A stretch of 60,490 nucleotides of DNA, filler included, from Jimgerdemannia flammicorona (taxonomy: Eukaryota): assembly GCA_003990765.1 (NCBI GenBank). It is 2 parts of 2 records of this genome, joined end to end, with 100 filler letters (N's around TTAATTAATTAA, not from the genome) between each part and the next. Parts side by side here need not be neighbours in the genome. Positions count along the whole stretch, not along the records: positions 1 to 30,236 come from RBNJ01000452.1; positions 30,337 to 60,490 come from RBNJ01000453.1. One strand, given 5' to 3'. Below, one piece after another: positions 25,591 to 38,252 of the stretch. Below the pieces are notes generated by a model. That model saw only the letters and a list, made by a program, of their open reading frames with translations. It ran no database searches and had not been told where the DNA came from. Position 1 is the stretch's first letter; every line of letters begins with the position of its first letter. A program made the translations under genes and the position numbers.

Positions 25591-26682
25591 ACTTCTTGTT
25601 CAACTGGTTGACCTTGGGTGTCTTTGGACAGGACCAGAATCCTCTTTGGTTTGGCAGTTTTCTTGGGACATTTGGTTGCAATGTGATCAGGCTGATGGTA
25701 AAAGAAACAGGCTTCAGCCTTCTTGAGGTGCTCCTTTCCTCAGATATAAGCTTACCTTTCTTATTCTTATCAATAGTATCTAGGTTCATGAGGGCAGGTC
25801 CAACAGTTCTAACTTTGGGTTCCTCTCTTTTGTGGTTGTTGTTGAAAGATAGTCTCTTCTATTCAAAGCAGTGACCATAGGTAATGATATCAAATCTATC
25901 AGCAATCTTCATTGCTGTATCTAGGTCCTTGAGTTCTTCTAGTTTGACATAAACTTGGGTTTGACCTTTCAAGCCTCAGATATACTTATCGACCTTCTTG
26001 TCTTCAGTGACATGTGATAATTCTAGCAGGATTGATAGGAATTATGTATTGTATACTTGTACAGACTTGAGTTGTTTGACATTCACCAGGTGGTCTTGTG
26101 CAGCCTTGGTGCTATTGACTGGTTTGAATTGGCCTTGAATGGTATCAGAGAATTCATTCCAGATTCTGATCCAGCCAGCAAATCTGGTATTCTGAACATG
26201 GTTTCATCACTAGATTGCAGCATTCCCTCAGAGGAGTGTGGCGGTAAATTGGACTAGTATTGCTTCTTCCAAATTGGTCAGTTCTCTATATTGCTCCAAT
26301 TGGAAAAGCCAGGCATTAGTAGACAGTCCTCCTCTTTGACCATCAAAAGTATCAGGCTTCTGAGGCTTGATAGTGACTACTGTCAGATATATTGATGTCA
26401 GTAGAGATGCAGAGGTATGAGCAGGGGTCTTGCTTTCCTTTCTTTCTATATGTTCTTGAAGTTGAGCAATCTGAGCTAATATGGTCTGCAAAAGACTCTC
26501 AATGGCCCTGGTTGACTGAGTAGGGTTTTGCTGTTTCTCTTCTTCTTGCTGATTGTATGAGACATTACCTGGACTGTAGGTACTGTATAAAGGGTTCCAC
26601 TCATTGTCCTCCATAGTGTTGTAACTGATATCTTGAGAGATATCTTGATAAGACTAGGTATAACTTAACCACTGCTACCAAG

Positions 26683-27086
26683 TATAACAGTTCTAGTTTC
26701 TAAATGAGGAAGCAACTAGTTCTGGTAGTTCTAAGTAGCTTGAAGAGATACTTAAGGATTCAAGTGTTCTCAAAGGATTTCTGAGAGAAAATATTCTGAG
26801 GCTTTATTCATGAGAACAAAGGGAATATTTATACAAGATCTGAAAGAAGGATCCAGAAGGATCTGAGAAATCAAAGGAAAATGCCAAGAGGAAAGTTCTT
26901 GACAAAGATGACAAATAATGATAAATAAAGTTCTACAAGTTTCCAGGACATTCAGTGACTAGCTAAATAAGTACTAGTGGATGCTCCGTACCAAGAAAGA
27001 ATTTCTAAGTGTTTGGAAAGTACTGGAAGGTTGTAGAATATCAAGGAAAGATAAAGAAAAGGAATAAACTATGCTAAAATATTATA
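26683..27086 (-). repeat. 5' LTR of the nested gypsy element
   Basis: TATAACA...TATTATA (mutated TG..CA termini), adjacent to the PBS. Confidence 0.95.
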
Positions 27087-29848
27087 ATAATACTCCTGCA
27101 GTAGGACATTTTGATTTTGAAAAGACCTACAATCTCCTCTCAAGAGAGTTCTACTGGCTAAAGATGACTAAGGATATCAAAGACTTTGTGGCCTCATATG
27201 AGATATGCTAAAGATTCAAGAGTAGTAATAAGCTACCAGTAGGACTTCTGCAACCTCTGCCTATTCTGAGTCATAACTGGGATCAGATTGTAATGAACTT
27301 CATTGTTCAACTCCCTAAGACCAAGGAGAATGAGATGCCATTATAGTATTTATAGACTGCTTAAGCAAGCAAGCTCATTTTGCACCTACTAAGACTACTG
27401 CTACAGTACCAAAGATTGCCAAAATCTTTCTCAACCAAGTATTCAGGCTATATAATATGTCTAGTATCATTATATCTGATTAAGATACAAAGTTTATAAG
27501 TAACCTCTGGAAGGCATTCTTCTCTCTTCATGGAATTAAGCTGAAGTTCTCTACTGTCTACTATGTATCTCTAGACTGACAGTCAAACTGAGTGAATCAA
27601 TAGGACCCTCAAACAGATGCTTAGTATCTTCTGCTGTTACAAACAAAATAATTGGGATAAGTATCTTATCCATGCCAAGTTTGCCTATAATAATAGCCAG
27701 CAAATCTTTATAAAAAAGACTCCATTCTTTCTGAACCATGGTCAATATCTAAGAACTCCAAGTACTACTGCAAAATCAGTAGTTCCAGTAGCCTAAGATC
27801 TGACTGAGACCATTTCTGATCTTAATTAAATGATAAGAGATGCTCTTATAGAAGCATAGGACTATCTAACCAAGTATGCACACTTGAAGTAAAAGAAGTC
27901 TCCTACAACAATGGTGACATAGTCATACTTAGAACAGACCACCTCCACCCAGACATTCCTGGTATAACAACCAGCCAAGAAACTCTGTGCTAGAAGAATT
28001 AGACTATACAAGATTGTGGAAAAAGTCAGCAAAGTCAACTATAAGTTACAACTTCCCCACAATATTTGAGTATATCTAGTATTCCATATCAGTCAATTGG
28101 TGGACTACTATGAGAACTCATTCTCTGAGCTTATAGTTCCACCACTACTCCCAATTAGGATCAATGATTATGAGAAATTCAAAATTAAGAAAGTACTTGA
28201 CCACAAGGTCTGCAAATATCCCAAAACAGTCAAGCAGTTTTCTCTCATCAAGTGGAAGGTTTATCCCACCTATAACACTACCTGGAAAAAGGAAGAAGCT
28301 CTGAAGAATACATGTGAAGTCCTCCAGAACTATATGGAAACACTCACCCCACAGTAAAGGAAGGAACTGTAGCTCTAAAATTTAGAGCACATAGTAAACA
28401 AAGATAATACTATATATTTTATCTGAAAAATATAATACCAAATATTATAAAAAAAAAGAACACTATAATTAATTAATAAGAAGATACTCAGGCAAAGGAC
28501 AATCTAGTATGGTGTAACAAAATGCATTTGAATAATTCTACTTTATACCATCTGTGTCATCTCTGCTAGATGATGATATACCCTTCATATAAAACTTAAG
28601 AAAGCCAACAATGTTGAAACTAATCTAAGTCCATCTATATGACAGATATTGTTACTAGAAATTATCTTAAATTATAAGAAATACTATTTCTGAGAAGTTC
28701 AAACCCCCAGCTATGACAATAAGAGCTCTTGCTCTAGATAAAGATGGCCAGTCCTCATAAATACACCAATAAGACAAAAAAAAAAGAGAACTAAGATCTG
28801 TCAACTCTGTGTAACCACAATTATAAGTAGTAATATCTTTAAAATCAGGATTTCTCCAGGTGATCAGCACATACTCTACTTACAGCAACAGGTCACATAT
28901 TCTGCTAGAAAGTATAATCAAAAGAAGGTTACACCAGACAGATAAATAGATATAAATACCCAAGGCAAGAATATACTACAACTCTTATCCCCCTTTCTCT
29001 ATAAAGAAAAGACAAGACAAGAATACCTGCTACCTACTACCAAACTGCCTGTCATTGCCAGCCTCTCTCAAGCCAGATTGACTGCCTCTTTGGATATATC
29101 CAGGTTGCTATCTAAGGAAGGAACTGCTGCTCTGAGGCCCTTAACCTCTCCAGCCCAGACCTAGGACAATATGTCCTTGACTGCTGTGAACTCATTGAAA
29201 TGGCCTACCTTGTTACCAGCTATCTAGAGATTTGGCATGAATATGAAATTGGCTATCAACTTCTCTAATATACAAAGGACCTACTCACTGACCAGGTCTC
29301 AGACTGAACCCACTTAGATAGGTATAAGCAAAGACTAGTTAAGAATATCCATTAAGTTATATACTATATACTCTTTGCAATCTCTAACCTCAACTATGTC
29401 CAACTGAAGGACTTCTAGAACCTCTTCTTCCCTGAGATTGACAAGCTAAAGATCAAGGTAGCCCAAGAAGCCAACTCCTGAATTACCCTCAAGTCTACTG
29501 ACTGTGAACCCCACTAGAGTCCCCTCCTAAATGATAACTCAGACCAATGGCTCCAAGGTCTCTCTGATCTCTTTAAAGGACTGTCCATCTGAATAGATAT
29601 CTTCAGGTATGAGGATCAAGAACTCTACTTAGATAGTCCCAACTATATTAGATGGAGAACTCCTATACTAATGCCTATACCAATATAAGAACTATTTGCA
29701 GACCTCATTGACTTCTCCATCCTGGATAGCAAGCCATCAGCAACTGCCCCCCCTGCCACTGAAGAAGAAGGCAATAATACTGAGAAAGATTCTCCACCTT
29801 TCTCTCCCCTGGTTCTCAATTTCTGAATCAATGAGGATATTGATTTCT

Positions 29849-30105
29849 AAGGAGAGAAGGATGTAATAGAATGAATGAACAGACAAGATATGATGAGATG
29901 AGCAATCATATGACTCAGTGAGTGATGATATAATACATATTCAAGTGCAACATATGAATAATAGATGAATAATATGAAATTATGCAAAAAACAATATCTA
30001 GCTTATCCTAACAATCAGTACCACAGCAACTATTACTCCAGTAGTTAATTATTGCCTAGTAATTGAGATCCTAATCACAAAGTATCTTTTGCAACAAATC
30101 ATCTG
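29849..30105 (+). mobile_element. Probable PPT and start of a gypsy 3' LTR
   Basis: gaggatattgatttctaaggagagaagga|TGTAAT resembles the PPT/LTR junction of the nested element (gaatgttgattcttaaggagggggaga|TGTAAC). Confidence 0.5.
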
Positions 30106-30109
30106 ATAA

Positions 30110-30236
30110 AGTGGTGGGTGGGTAGAGGTGATTAATGACCTAGTGGTCTTTAATAAAGAGAGTGTAGGAGGGGGGGGGAGGGAGAGCCCATAGGGGGATT
30201 GAGTAGGAGGAGGCTCAATGTATTATATATGGGATA
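30110..30236 (+). mobile_element. LINE 3'-end fragment
   Basis: Aligns with 59598-59700 and with the reverse complement of 11580-11700; cut off by the gap. Confidence 0.65.
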
Positions 30237-30336
30237 NNNNNNNNNNNNNNNNNNNNNNNNNNNNNNNNNNNNNNNNNNNNTTAATTAATTAANNNNNNNN
30301 NNNNNNNNNNNNNNNNNNNNNNNNNNNNNNNNNNNN
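30237..30336. other. Artificial contig linker / assembly gap
   Basis: 44 N + TTAATTAATTAA (palindromic, stops in all six frames) + 44 N = exactly 100 bp. Confidence 0.97.
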
Positions 30337-31437
30337 ACCCACCAAGCACTGCCCCCCCATTAACCTAGGCTAGCTATTGTCCAGCAGCTCAACCATGCCA
30401 GGCGCAGCAGGACTGATAAGCCCGCACCTCATTCTGTGTACCATGCTCTCCCTACCACCAGGGGAAACCCAACCATATGCCAACGACTGAAAGCGCACAC
30501 CTGAGAACCCAATGTATGTACAAGGCCACGCCCGAGCCGAATAGAATAGCCCCTACCACCACAAAGAGAATGACAGGTAAAGAAAAAACCCTCATCAAAG
30601 CACAATACGGTGGGTAGGGCCTGGTTCTCCCAGTCGAGGTGAGTAAAGGACTTACACATGAGGCGGGAGGAAACCCCCAATACCCCACTACTCAAGCCTG
30701 CAGGCCTCGATCACGTTGCCATGTCAGCTCCCGGTTCCAGTTGAGTGCAGCCAAGATGCCTGAAATGGGTAGCCTCGGGCCCCCCGACCCCCCCTGACGA
30801 CTGGGGCCTCACCCCGCTACCCGCCAAAAGAAGCCGAGAGTGACACCTACCACCTAACCATGCCACACCAATCAAAAGGCCCCACCGAAGCAGCACCTGC
30901 CCCAGCCCCGACAACCGCCCCCAGCCTGGCACCCTACTGGTTCACCGTAATCACCCTTCCACCTATCTGTGACAGCCATCTCCCCTCCCATCCTGACAAC
31001 ACCCAAAAAGCAGTCACCTATGCCAGAACTGCGCTCACCGGGAAGCTCGCCAAAGCCAGAGGGCCCCACCACAGGCACCGAGGACCTGCAGGTAACCTAC
31101 ACTGAGCACTTGACGCCCAAGGTTGGCCGACTCCCTACGTAGCCCGAGACACACCGAGACAACTCCTTGTTGGCGACGGCAAAAGGAAGAAGGCGCCGCA
31201 CCAAAACGGGTACACCCCAGACGCAGCTGAAGGCACCAGAATCCGCGAAAATGTGGAGGAAGCACCGATCTGACACCGATAAAGGGGCAACTCATCACCA
31301 TTGCCCTCCTCCCACCATACCCCTGCAGGCACAGCAAACCAACCCGAGGTAGAGGGGGTAATATTAGGGGAAAGGGGACTCGGAAGGTCGCCTACCAAAC
31401 CTTGTGACCGGTAAGGTAGCGGAGAAAGGAGCGCCAG
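30337..31437 (-). mobile_element. Non-autonomous poly(A) retroposon, CpG-rich (young) copy; 3' end lost in the gap
   Basis: Colinear inverted homology with ~45226-46335. Its 5' end abuts decayed LINE ORF2 sequence. Confidence 0.8.
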
Positions 31438-34400
31438 TCCCACTCTTCACTAATACCAACTAACTGCCAGCTGACCAGCTACAGATTCTGGCCCATTTAC
31501 TGTTAGTACTCTAATTTGAGACCAATGTCAAAGTCTATCTGAGAGGAGCCACTCTGCTACAGCCTATCTCATTTCCATATTTCTGGACTCTAGTGCATCT
31601 CTCTTTGAATATCTCTTTAGTACAGATTAATAAAATAAGTACCATCCACTACCTCTCATCAGAACTCCTTAAACTGTAGATATTTACTATTCTTCAGATT
31701 AACTATAGATAGTAGATTACTAGAGAATCCTCTAGGGGAGAACTGCATCTTCCAGACTCTCTGCATCAAGATACCTATCTCTCTTTATATAGCTTTATAG
31801 CCCTCTTTAATCACTAAGTCTGAAAGCAGTACAATCTCTATTAGACCAATATCTCTTCTATTAATCTGAGTTACCAAGATCTCTCAACTAATCAGACTCC
31901 TTCTCTTAGCCCAAATCTAGTTCTTAGCTATCTTCAACAATCTCTTTACTACTTATGCAAGAAAGTTTAGATATAATATCAAGTATCTGAGCTTTAGTAT
32001 TCAATAGATATTTAGAATTGACATCTATCTAGTAAGAGAAATATAGTACTCCCCTCAACTCTGAAGAATATTCTCCTATTCTTCTACCTTTTACTCTCAC
32101 TATACTTTAGATAAAACTGAAATATCAATAGAAAGATGTCTAGATATCTCATAGCTTCTCCTGCAGAGACAATTTAACCAAGAACATCCTTACTGATCAA
32201 ACTACTCCCTAGTGCTATTATTTCATACTTATACTAATTGAGCTTTCCCCAGAGTACTTCTCATACTAATCTGCTATCTCTTAAAATATACCTATATCTG
32301 TAATAGAGCCAAGTATAACTACTATATTATCTATAAAGACCACAACCTTTTAGACCACTCAGAGGACTAAAAGCCCTATTACCTTGTAGTGAATTCTGTT
32401 TATAAATAGCTCTAATAATAAAGTATATAAGATAGAGAACAGTGGGTCCCTCTGAGGAAGCTCTCTCCTTAACTAGAATATAGCAATATAATGATTATTA
32501 TATAAAATTACTGCTCTGCTCTCCTTTAGAAGACTCACTATTATCACCTAAAATTAGTGAAAAATATCAATTCTCTCTCACACTTTCTTTAGCCAAACTC
32601 ACCAAACCCAGTCATAGGTCTTCTCCTAATCCAGAAAGACCAATCTCCCATCTAGTCTACTAGTCCTCACTCTCTCAATTACTCTATATATCTATGCTAT
32701 CTCATCTTTAATTAGCTAACTACTAACAAAGTTTCATTGCTTAGCTTCCAATATCTGTTAGATAACCCTCTGTATCAATTACCTTAGTGACCAACTTTCT
32801 GTCTATATCTAGAAGCATAATAGACCTCTAATTCTTCCAATTCTTCTATCTACTCTTGTCTCTCTAGAGCAGTATAACTTGGCCAAGATCCGGTTCTCCA
32901 ACCTACTCTCTAGATATAAGGACAAAGTTTCAAAGAGCTATTATCTCTCTCAGTACCCCCAGGACTCCTACTATCTTCTTCCAAAAGTCTTAAGAGTTGT
33001 ATCCAGTTTTGTAGCTAACAGAATAAACAGAATCTCATCCTTCTGAACTAGTAGAATTAGGTTCTTAAGATTATCAATCTGTAGAGAGTACCACTTCTCC
33101 AAGGTATATCCAATAGTCTCTACATCAGTATTCTCTTCCTTCTCACTCTACAGATCTCTCTACTGATCTCTCAGAGAACATAAGATCTACTATACCTCTG
33201 CTACTAAGATGCTCTCTCCATCTAATACTCCTTCTTACTATTGCCTCACTCTCTTTATCTAGAGAAGTCTAGACAAGTACCTATAAGGCCACTAACCCTT
33301 CTCAAGTTTCTATTATCATAATTGAGCTTCTATACCCTAAACTCAACTCCTCCTCTCTCAATACTCTCTTCAACTCTTCTATCTCTATCTGGATTTGTTC
33401 CAGTCTCTAATCCTTTATAGCTATCTGATCAAATAAATTAGCTCAATTCAGCTATAACCTCTCTAACTAATAAGAAGACCACCTCACTTTTCATTACTGT
33501 AATATCCCTTGGAATCTATTAGTTTCTCTTAAATATATCTTAGCCTCTTCTATCAACTTCACTCAAAAGACCCCTATAGAAGATCTATTAAGATTTCAGT
33601 AAATAATTTTAGATTCAATGTCCTCTATCAATATCTTCTACAACCTTGGCTCTACCAGTAAATAGGAATTGAGATATCAATGTCCAGGCCAATCTCCACT
33701 CTTGATCAAGAATACTACTCAGGCTCTAGGTCTATAAAAATATCTATCCCCCAGTAGTCAGCAGTTAGCATCCAATCAATCTATATTCTAAGTCTATTTA
33801 CTCAGTATGTATGAACCTGCTAGTCTCTCTGCAATACCCTATCAGTATTTACTAGAGAACTTAGACACTCTACCTTCTTTTAGATATCTGAACTATCATA
33901 CCAGCCTCCAGCACTCCTTTCACCATTAGTTCTGTCTAACAATATATTTCTTACTATATTAAAGTCTCTATCAAGCATATCTACACTAGTCTTAGTAAGT
34001 GTATCATACTTATAAAGACTATCTATCTATTTGATTCTATTCTCTCTAACTGCAGAGCAGTAGTAAGAGCTAATAACTACTGGCTCTCACCCAGACCTCT
34101 GCCACTCTCTCCATATCAAGTGTTCTCTCTAACCTCCAATCTTACAAAGATCTCCTTTGTGCTTCCATACTAGAATCCCCATCTTACTATATAAAACCAC
34201 CAATTTACCTCATTTCTATCCATCTAAGTCCTCCTTATAGTGCACATTCTATAACAGAGAAAGATCCACACCCAGTTCTCTTAGCTAAGCAAAAATATTT
34301 TGAGAGCCCCTCAAGCCATTCACATTTAGCAAGAAAATGATAGTTATACTATTCATAAGATATAATAATATAGAGTAGTCTCAACTCCTCACAGTTTCAC

Positions 34401-34830
34401 ACTTATCTCTTCCTAAGCTAAGTTCTAACTATACTCAACTACAGCCTCCTCCTCCTCAACCTCCCATACCTCCAGACCAGTCAAGATCTCAGCAATCATC
34501 TCATCATTCTTAGCCTCTATTAGTGCTCCGAACGAGTCAATCCGGATGGGATTCGGATGGATTGGAAATCAAAACAATGGTTGATTCGAATCCATCCGAG
34601 TTGATCCGGATGGGATTCAATCCGAATCAATCCGAATCAAATCCGGATTAAATTGACTTGTTAGGAGCACTAGCCTCTATCTTCTCTTTATATTCATTAC
34701 AAGCCAACTGCCATATTTGCAAGCCATGCCATTGCTTAAACCAGAATGCAGCCCACTCCCCCGCCACTGCCACCAATTCAGCCTCCCTCACCACATCAAC
34801 CTCATAACTCTCCTCCTCCAGGAAGATACT
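31438..34830 (-). mobile_element. Heavily transition-mutated LINE (end of ORF1 plus most of ORF2)
   Basis: Colinear with LINE copy 1: ORF2 start near 34357 (MNV*LSFSC..NVNGL-like) and ORF1 'IFLEEESYEVD' near 34800-34828. Dense TAG/TAA stops. Confidence 0.85.
34521..34672. mobile_element. 152-bp hAT-type MITE
   Basis: 21-bp TIR tagtgctcc(g/t)aac(g/a)agtcaat; perfect 8-bp TSD gcctctat (34513-34520, 34673-34680); CpGs retained. Confidence 0.93.
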
Positions 34831-35033
34831 CAGTCGTTTGGCACATCAAGAGAGATGTCGACTTTCCAGAAATTGAGGTTTTTGGTATTGAAAGAGGGGT
34901 AATCAAGCTGAATCTTCTTCTTAATAGCCTTCTTGAGTTTGTTGATCATCTTGCTCCTATCGATGTTGAGATCAAATGTATCATTATCAGGATCCTCGCC
35001 CTGGACGAGACAGTTGAGTGTGATGTCAGTCAT
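34830..35033 (-). pseudogene. Crinkler (CRN)-type N-terminal ubiquitin-like domain, truncated by LINE sequence
   Basis: MTDITLNCLVQGEDPDNDTFDLNID...INKLKKAIKKK...LNFWKVDI is the fungal CRN N-terminus pattern (LxCLV..F..I..LK..IK..LWKV). The frame ends at the LINE junction. Confidence 0.8.
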
Positions 35034-36427
35034 GGCCAGACAGAGGAGAAAAAGGTGACATTTGTTGCGCCCCAAATATTTCCAGTGCCAATTTCCAACC
35101 ACATCATCAGGGATCGTGTGACTAACACGCGAATATAATTTCAATAAAATAAAATCAATCCCCCTTCTTCCGAATTCCAGTATTTCCCCAACACCCACTT
35201 GTCCGTCCTCTTACCTCTGTTGACCATACATGTCCTGTCTCACCCGTATGCATCGGGATAATACAGATATGATTGAATCTAATTTTTATCAGGCCGACTT
35301 CTGCGCGTGCCGGGGAGGATACGACTGATGCGAGACGAGGCATACTTGCCGATGGTACGACCCGACCACGGGTGGTAGTGCTGGTCGTGATCCGGGTAGG
35401 GAATGGTGTTGTTCAATATGGTGAGCCAGTCAAGGTCAACAGTTTTGTGGAGTTATGTGGGAAGAAGTATTTTGCAACATTGTCTAATCATTTTCTTCCT
35501 CTTTCGACCCTTTTGTCACCAACCTCTCTCCCCCCCTCAAAAAAATAAAAAATGGAAGACTCCACCTAAGGAAAGCTCGCGATCGCGAAAATGTTTTCTT
35601 TCCTATCCGCTTAGAACATCCTAAAATGCTTCGGCTCGCGAGGAGAGCGTGACTATATGAGAAGGAATGTGACAGAATTTTCAAGCTCGAAATGACATTC
35701 ATAATGGCTTGTTCACTTATACTGTCTCCATCCTCCCTCCAAAAAGAATCATTCACATATCTCTGGATCGCGGCCTTTCGGATGGCATGCTTGACGTTTC
35801 GGCGAATTGCGTTCAGAGAGTGGGGTAGTGGTCGTATTCGTTGTGGGATATACTCATCCTGGGGAAGACTGTTTTGTTAGATTTGATCACGGACGTGTGC
35901 TTGCATAATTTGTGTTGGCCGTTTATTAGTGTCTTCCGCGAGGCCCTTCGATAGGATTACGTGGCGCCCGTACTTGGCTATAGTGTTAGTAAAAATGCTG
36001 TATATATAAATTGTGGTCGCGCGTTAGGATGATAAAGGGGGATTTCGGTGAGGAATCGGCCATTTTTCGAGCTTAACAGGTTCACTTGTAACACGATAGG
36101 GCCACAACACATACCACCTCGCTGTAAATGTGACACCACGTACTACCAAAGCCTAAGGAAATGCGTCGATACCACTTTTAAAAGTTATTCAGTTCATTCA
36201 CACATGGGATTGTTCGAAACAAACCCAGTAATATTTATTGTTGTAAAAGGCGCAGAAACTCAACTGTATATCAGAAGTGCGGCTACACCAAAATTTCTTC
36301 CTCGCCGAAATTCACCTCTCTATCATCGAGTACCGGCGTTCTCGGAAATAACGCCGAAACCACATGAGATGTATTTCCTAAACTGCCTTGTCTGCATTTA
36401 TTAGAAGCAGGATAAGTACAATTCAAG

Positions 36428-36600
36428 TGAACAATATGTATTTATTTTACAAGATACAGGGCAAGTATGACAAGGCTAAGCTGCTGTATCCACGAATACT
36501 AGCCATCAATGAGAAGGTGTACAAACTGAATTTTATCAACCTGACCACACTCTATGAGATATTGGACAAATATGATGAGAGCTGGCGGATTTCTAGACTT
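36428..36600 (+). pseudogene. Fragment of a kinesin-light-chain-type TPR gene
   Basis: NNMYLFYKIQGKYDKAKLLYPRILAINEK followed by NLTTLYEILDKYDE matches the NLAxLYxxQGKYxxAEPLYxRALAIxEK repeat; only ~1.5 repeats. Confidence 0.7.
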
Positions 36601-36698
36601 CTAAAATAAATAAGTAAATAATATTTATAATATATAAGTAATATATTTCTATAGAATACACAATTATATAGCAGCTGTACATTATGACAACTAGGTAC

Positions 36699-37740
36699 AA
36701 CGCACTCCACAAATCCTCACTCCATAAGCAGTGGATGGGACGATAAGCAGGATTGTTGAACATACATTGCAGCCTTTTCAATAAAATGTTTACCACATCT
36801 TACCACTGCGTTGAGGTTCATTTAGCGATGTGGAGGGAGGGTAATCTCTGTATCGTCCTGCTGTGATAGTCATGGACGCGAGCAGGGAACCTGCGATTCG
36901 TTGTGTCACAGATCTTGTAGACGTTGTGGTAGAACCATAGGAAATGCCCAGGTTTGTCTTCGAACTCCTGAAGCATCTGCTTCGTGATGGCCAACCTTCC
37001 GCAATCACGGTTCTTCTGTTGGAATTGGTACTTTTCGTTGTCGAGGTGTTTGAACCATGCGATATCTAAAGCTTTCGATGTGAGATTACTTATCCAGTCC
37101 CGGATATTGAATCCGTGATGGTGGGATATTCTAAGTTTGATCGAATCGTTGTAGTTGGTGGCGGTACTCCTGGAACTTGTTCGGTGTAGATGATCCCTTG
37201 GAAAGCAATGCCGCGGAAGCGGCCAAATAGGAATCGCCAGAGAAATCCGTTATGACGAATTTTCATCAGCAGTAAACGACCTAGGATTATTTCCGGCTCC
37301 GGTCTGCTGTCAGCGCTTTTCAGACATCCTTGTCCCCGATGTAGCTGATGTGGGTAGCGGGAGGGTTGGGAAAGACCGTAGGAATCATCAAAGCAGTGGG
37401 AGCTCTGGTTTCTGTCCCACTGGAAGAATTTCCTGTCTTTCACAGTAATTTTCCTTGGATGCAGTTTGATTTCGGAAAGCCTGAGAATTTTGAGAATAAT
37501 GTTCAGGAGGAGCGGGAAAATGACCAAATCGACTTTTTGGATGGATTTGAAAAAATCGCGGATTGATTCGGCTTGGCCTTCGTGGTTTGCGAAGAATTGA
37601 TGTCATCTCAGCAACAAGCTGTCATCTGCATGGAGTAAGACCTTGTGAGCTCGATGACGACCGATGGAGGAAGAGAGGCAATGATCAGATGGGTATGGTA
37701 ATGTTCTCTTGGGATGCTACGAGTGAAAGATTTTCCATTT
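36699..37740 (-). pseudogene. Inverted, frameshifted and 3'-truncated paralog of the ORF at 38253-39524
   Basis: Shared peptides LNIIL.IL.LSEIKLHPR, FLWRFLFGRFR and NPAYRPIHCLWSE.LW.AL. Deletions include loss of EDDYLLAMLDCS; several frameshifts. Confidence 0.9.
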
Positions 37741-38252
37741 GAAACCGAATCCCGACCATATTAGAATATTTCCTTTAAGTTTTCTCTAGTCGGTTTAATG
37801 CAGCAGACGTTCCACAATTGGGTGTACCAATTTATGTGTGCGTGGTGACCCAATTGGATCATGTGATAATAAAAAAAATTAGACCACGTTCGATGCGGCT
37901 AATCGTAATCATCGCTTTCCGCGGGTGGCTTATTGTCAGTCAGAGTGATACAGCCATTGATGGACGTGGTTGGCCACGCAGAAAGCGGCTTCTAGCCAAT
38001 AGCACGGGTGACGGCTCCTACTACCCCAGGTGACGGCAAACTACTACCCTAGGTAATGGCTACTACCGGTAGGAACCATCAGGGTCGGAACCATCAATTA
38101 GAAGCCGTCAAGGTAGGAGCCGCCTATACTGCGGTCGAGATTTGTGTTGCAAGCGACCGCAGCACATCAGGTTATAAATGGAATAAAAATTAGACATCTT
38201 TCACCCACAGTATCCCCAGTATCCCGAGAGAACATTATCACACCCATTGATC

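Larger units (their letters stand above)
21074..27086 (-). mobile_element. Full-length Ty3/gypsy chromovirus: gag, dUTPase, PR, RT, RH, IN, chromodomain (decayed)
   Basis: 404-bp LTRs; 5-bp TSD ataat (21069-21073, 27087-27091); PBS TGGTAGCAG (26680-26672, tRNA-iMet-like); PPT next to 21478. Gag KPDTFDG, protease LIDSGA, RT YIDD, chromodomain YEVKKILD..YLVKW..TWEP (~21810-21960). Confidence 0.95.
20440..28357 (+). mobile_element. Ty3/gypsy chromovirus relic (RNase H, integrase, chromodomain), interrupted by a nested LTR element at 21074-27086
   Basis: RNase H 'IDTSDIAIGVVLS..HPVVYLSQKL..QYTTHEKKLLAIV' at 20470-20620. The integrase HHCC motif 'HN|TPAVGH' is split at the insertion. Chromodomain 'KIKKVLDHK...IKWKVYPTYNTTWKKEEALKN' at ~28170-28340. 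Confidence 0.88.

Noticed and set aside
30429..31443. Short ORFs shared between the two retroposon copies
   Set aside because: They occur on both strands, mostly with non-ATG starts and no domain; nucleotide homology and high GC explain them.
5996..35033. CRN header as the missing 5' exon of the TRP-like gene
   Set aside because: Both are on the minus strand, but they are separated by 29 kb of TEs and an artificial linker, with no TSD or splice evidence.
35484..35880. Coding-like minus-strand stretch upstream of the CRN fragment
   Set aside because: About 130 codons without a recognisable motif or a clear start.
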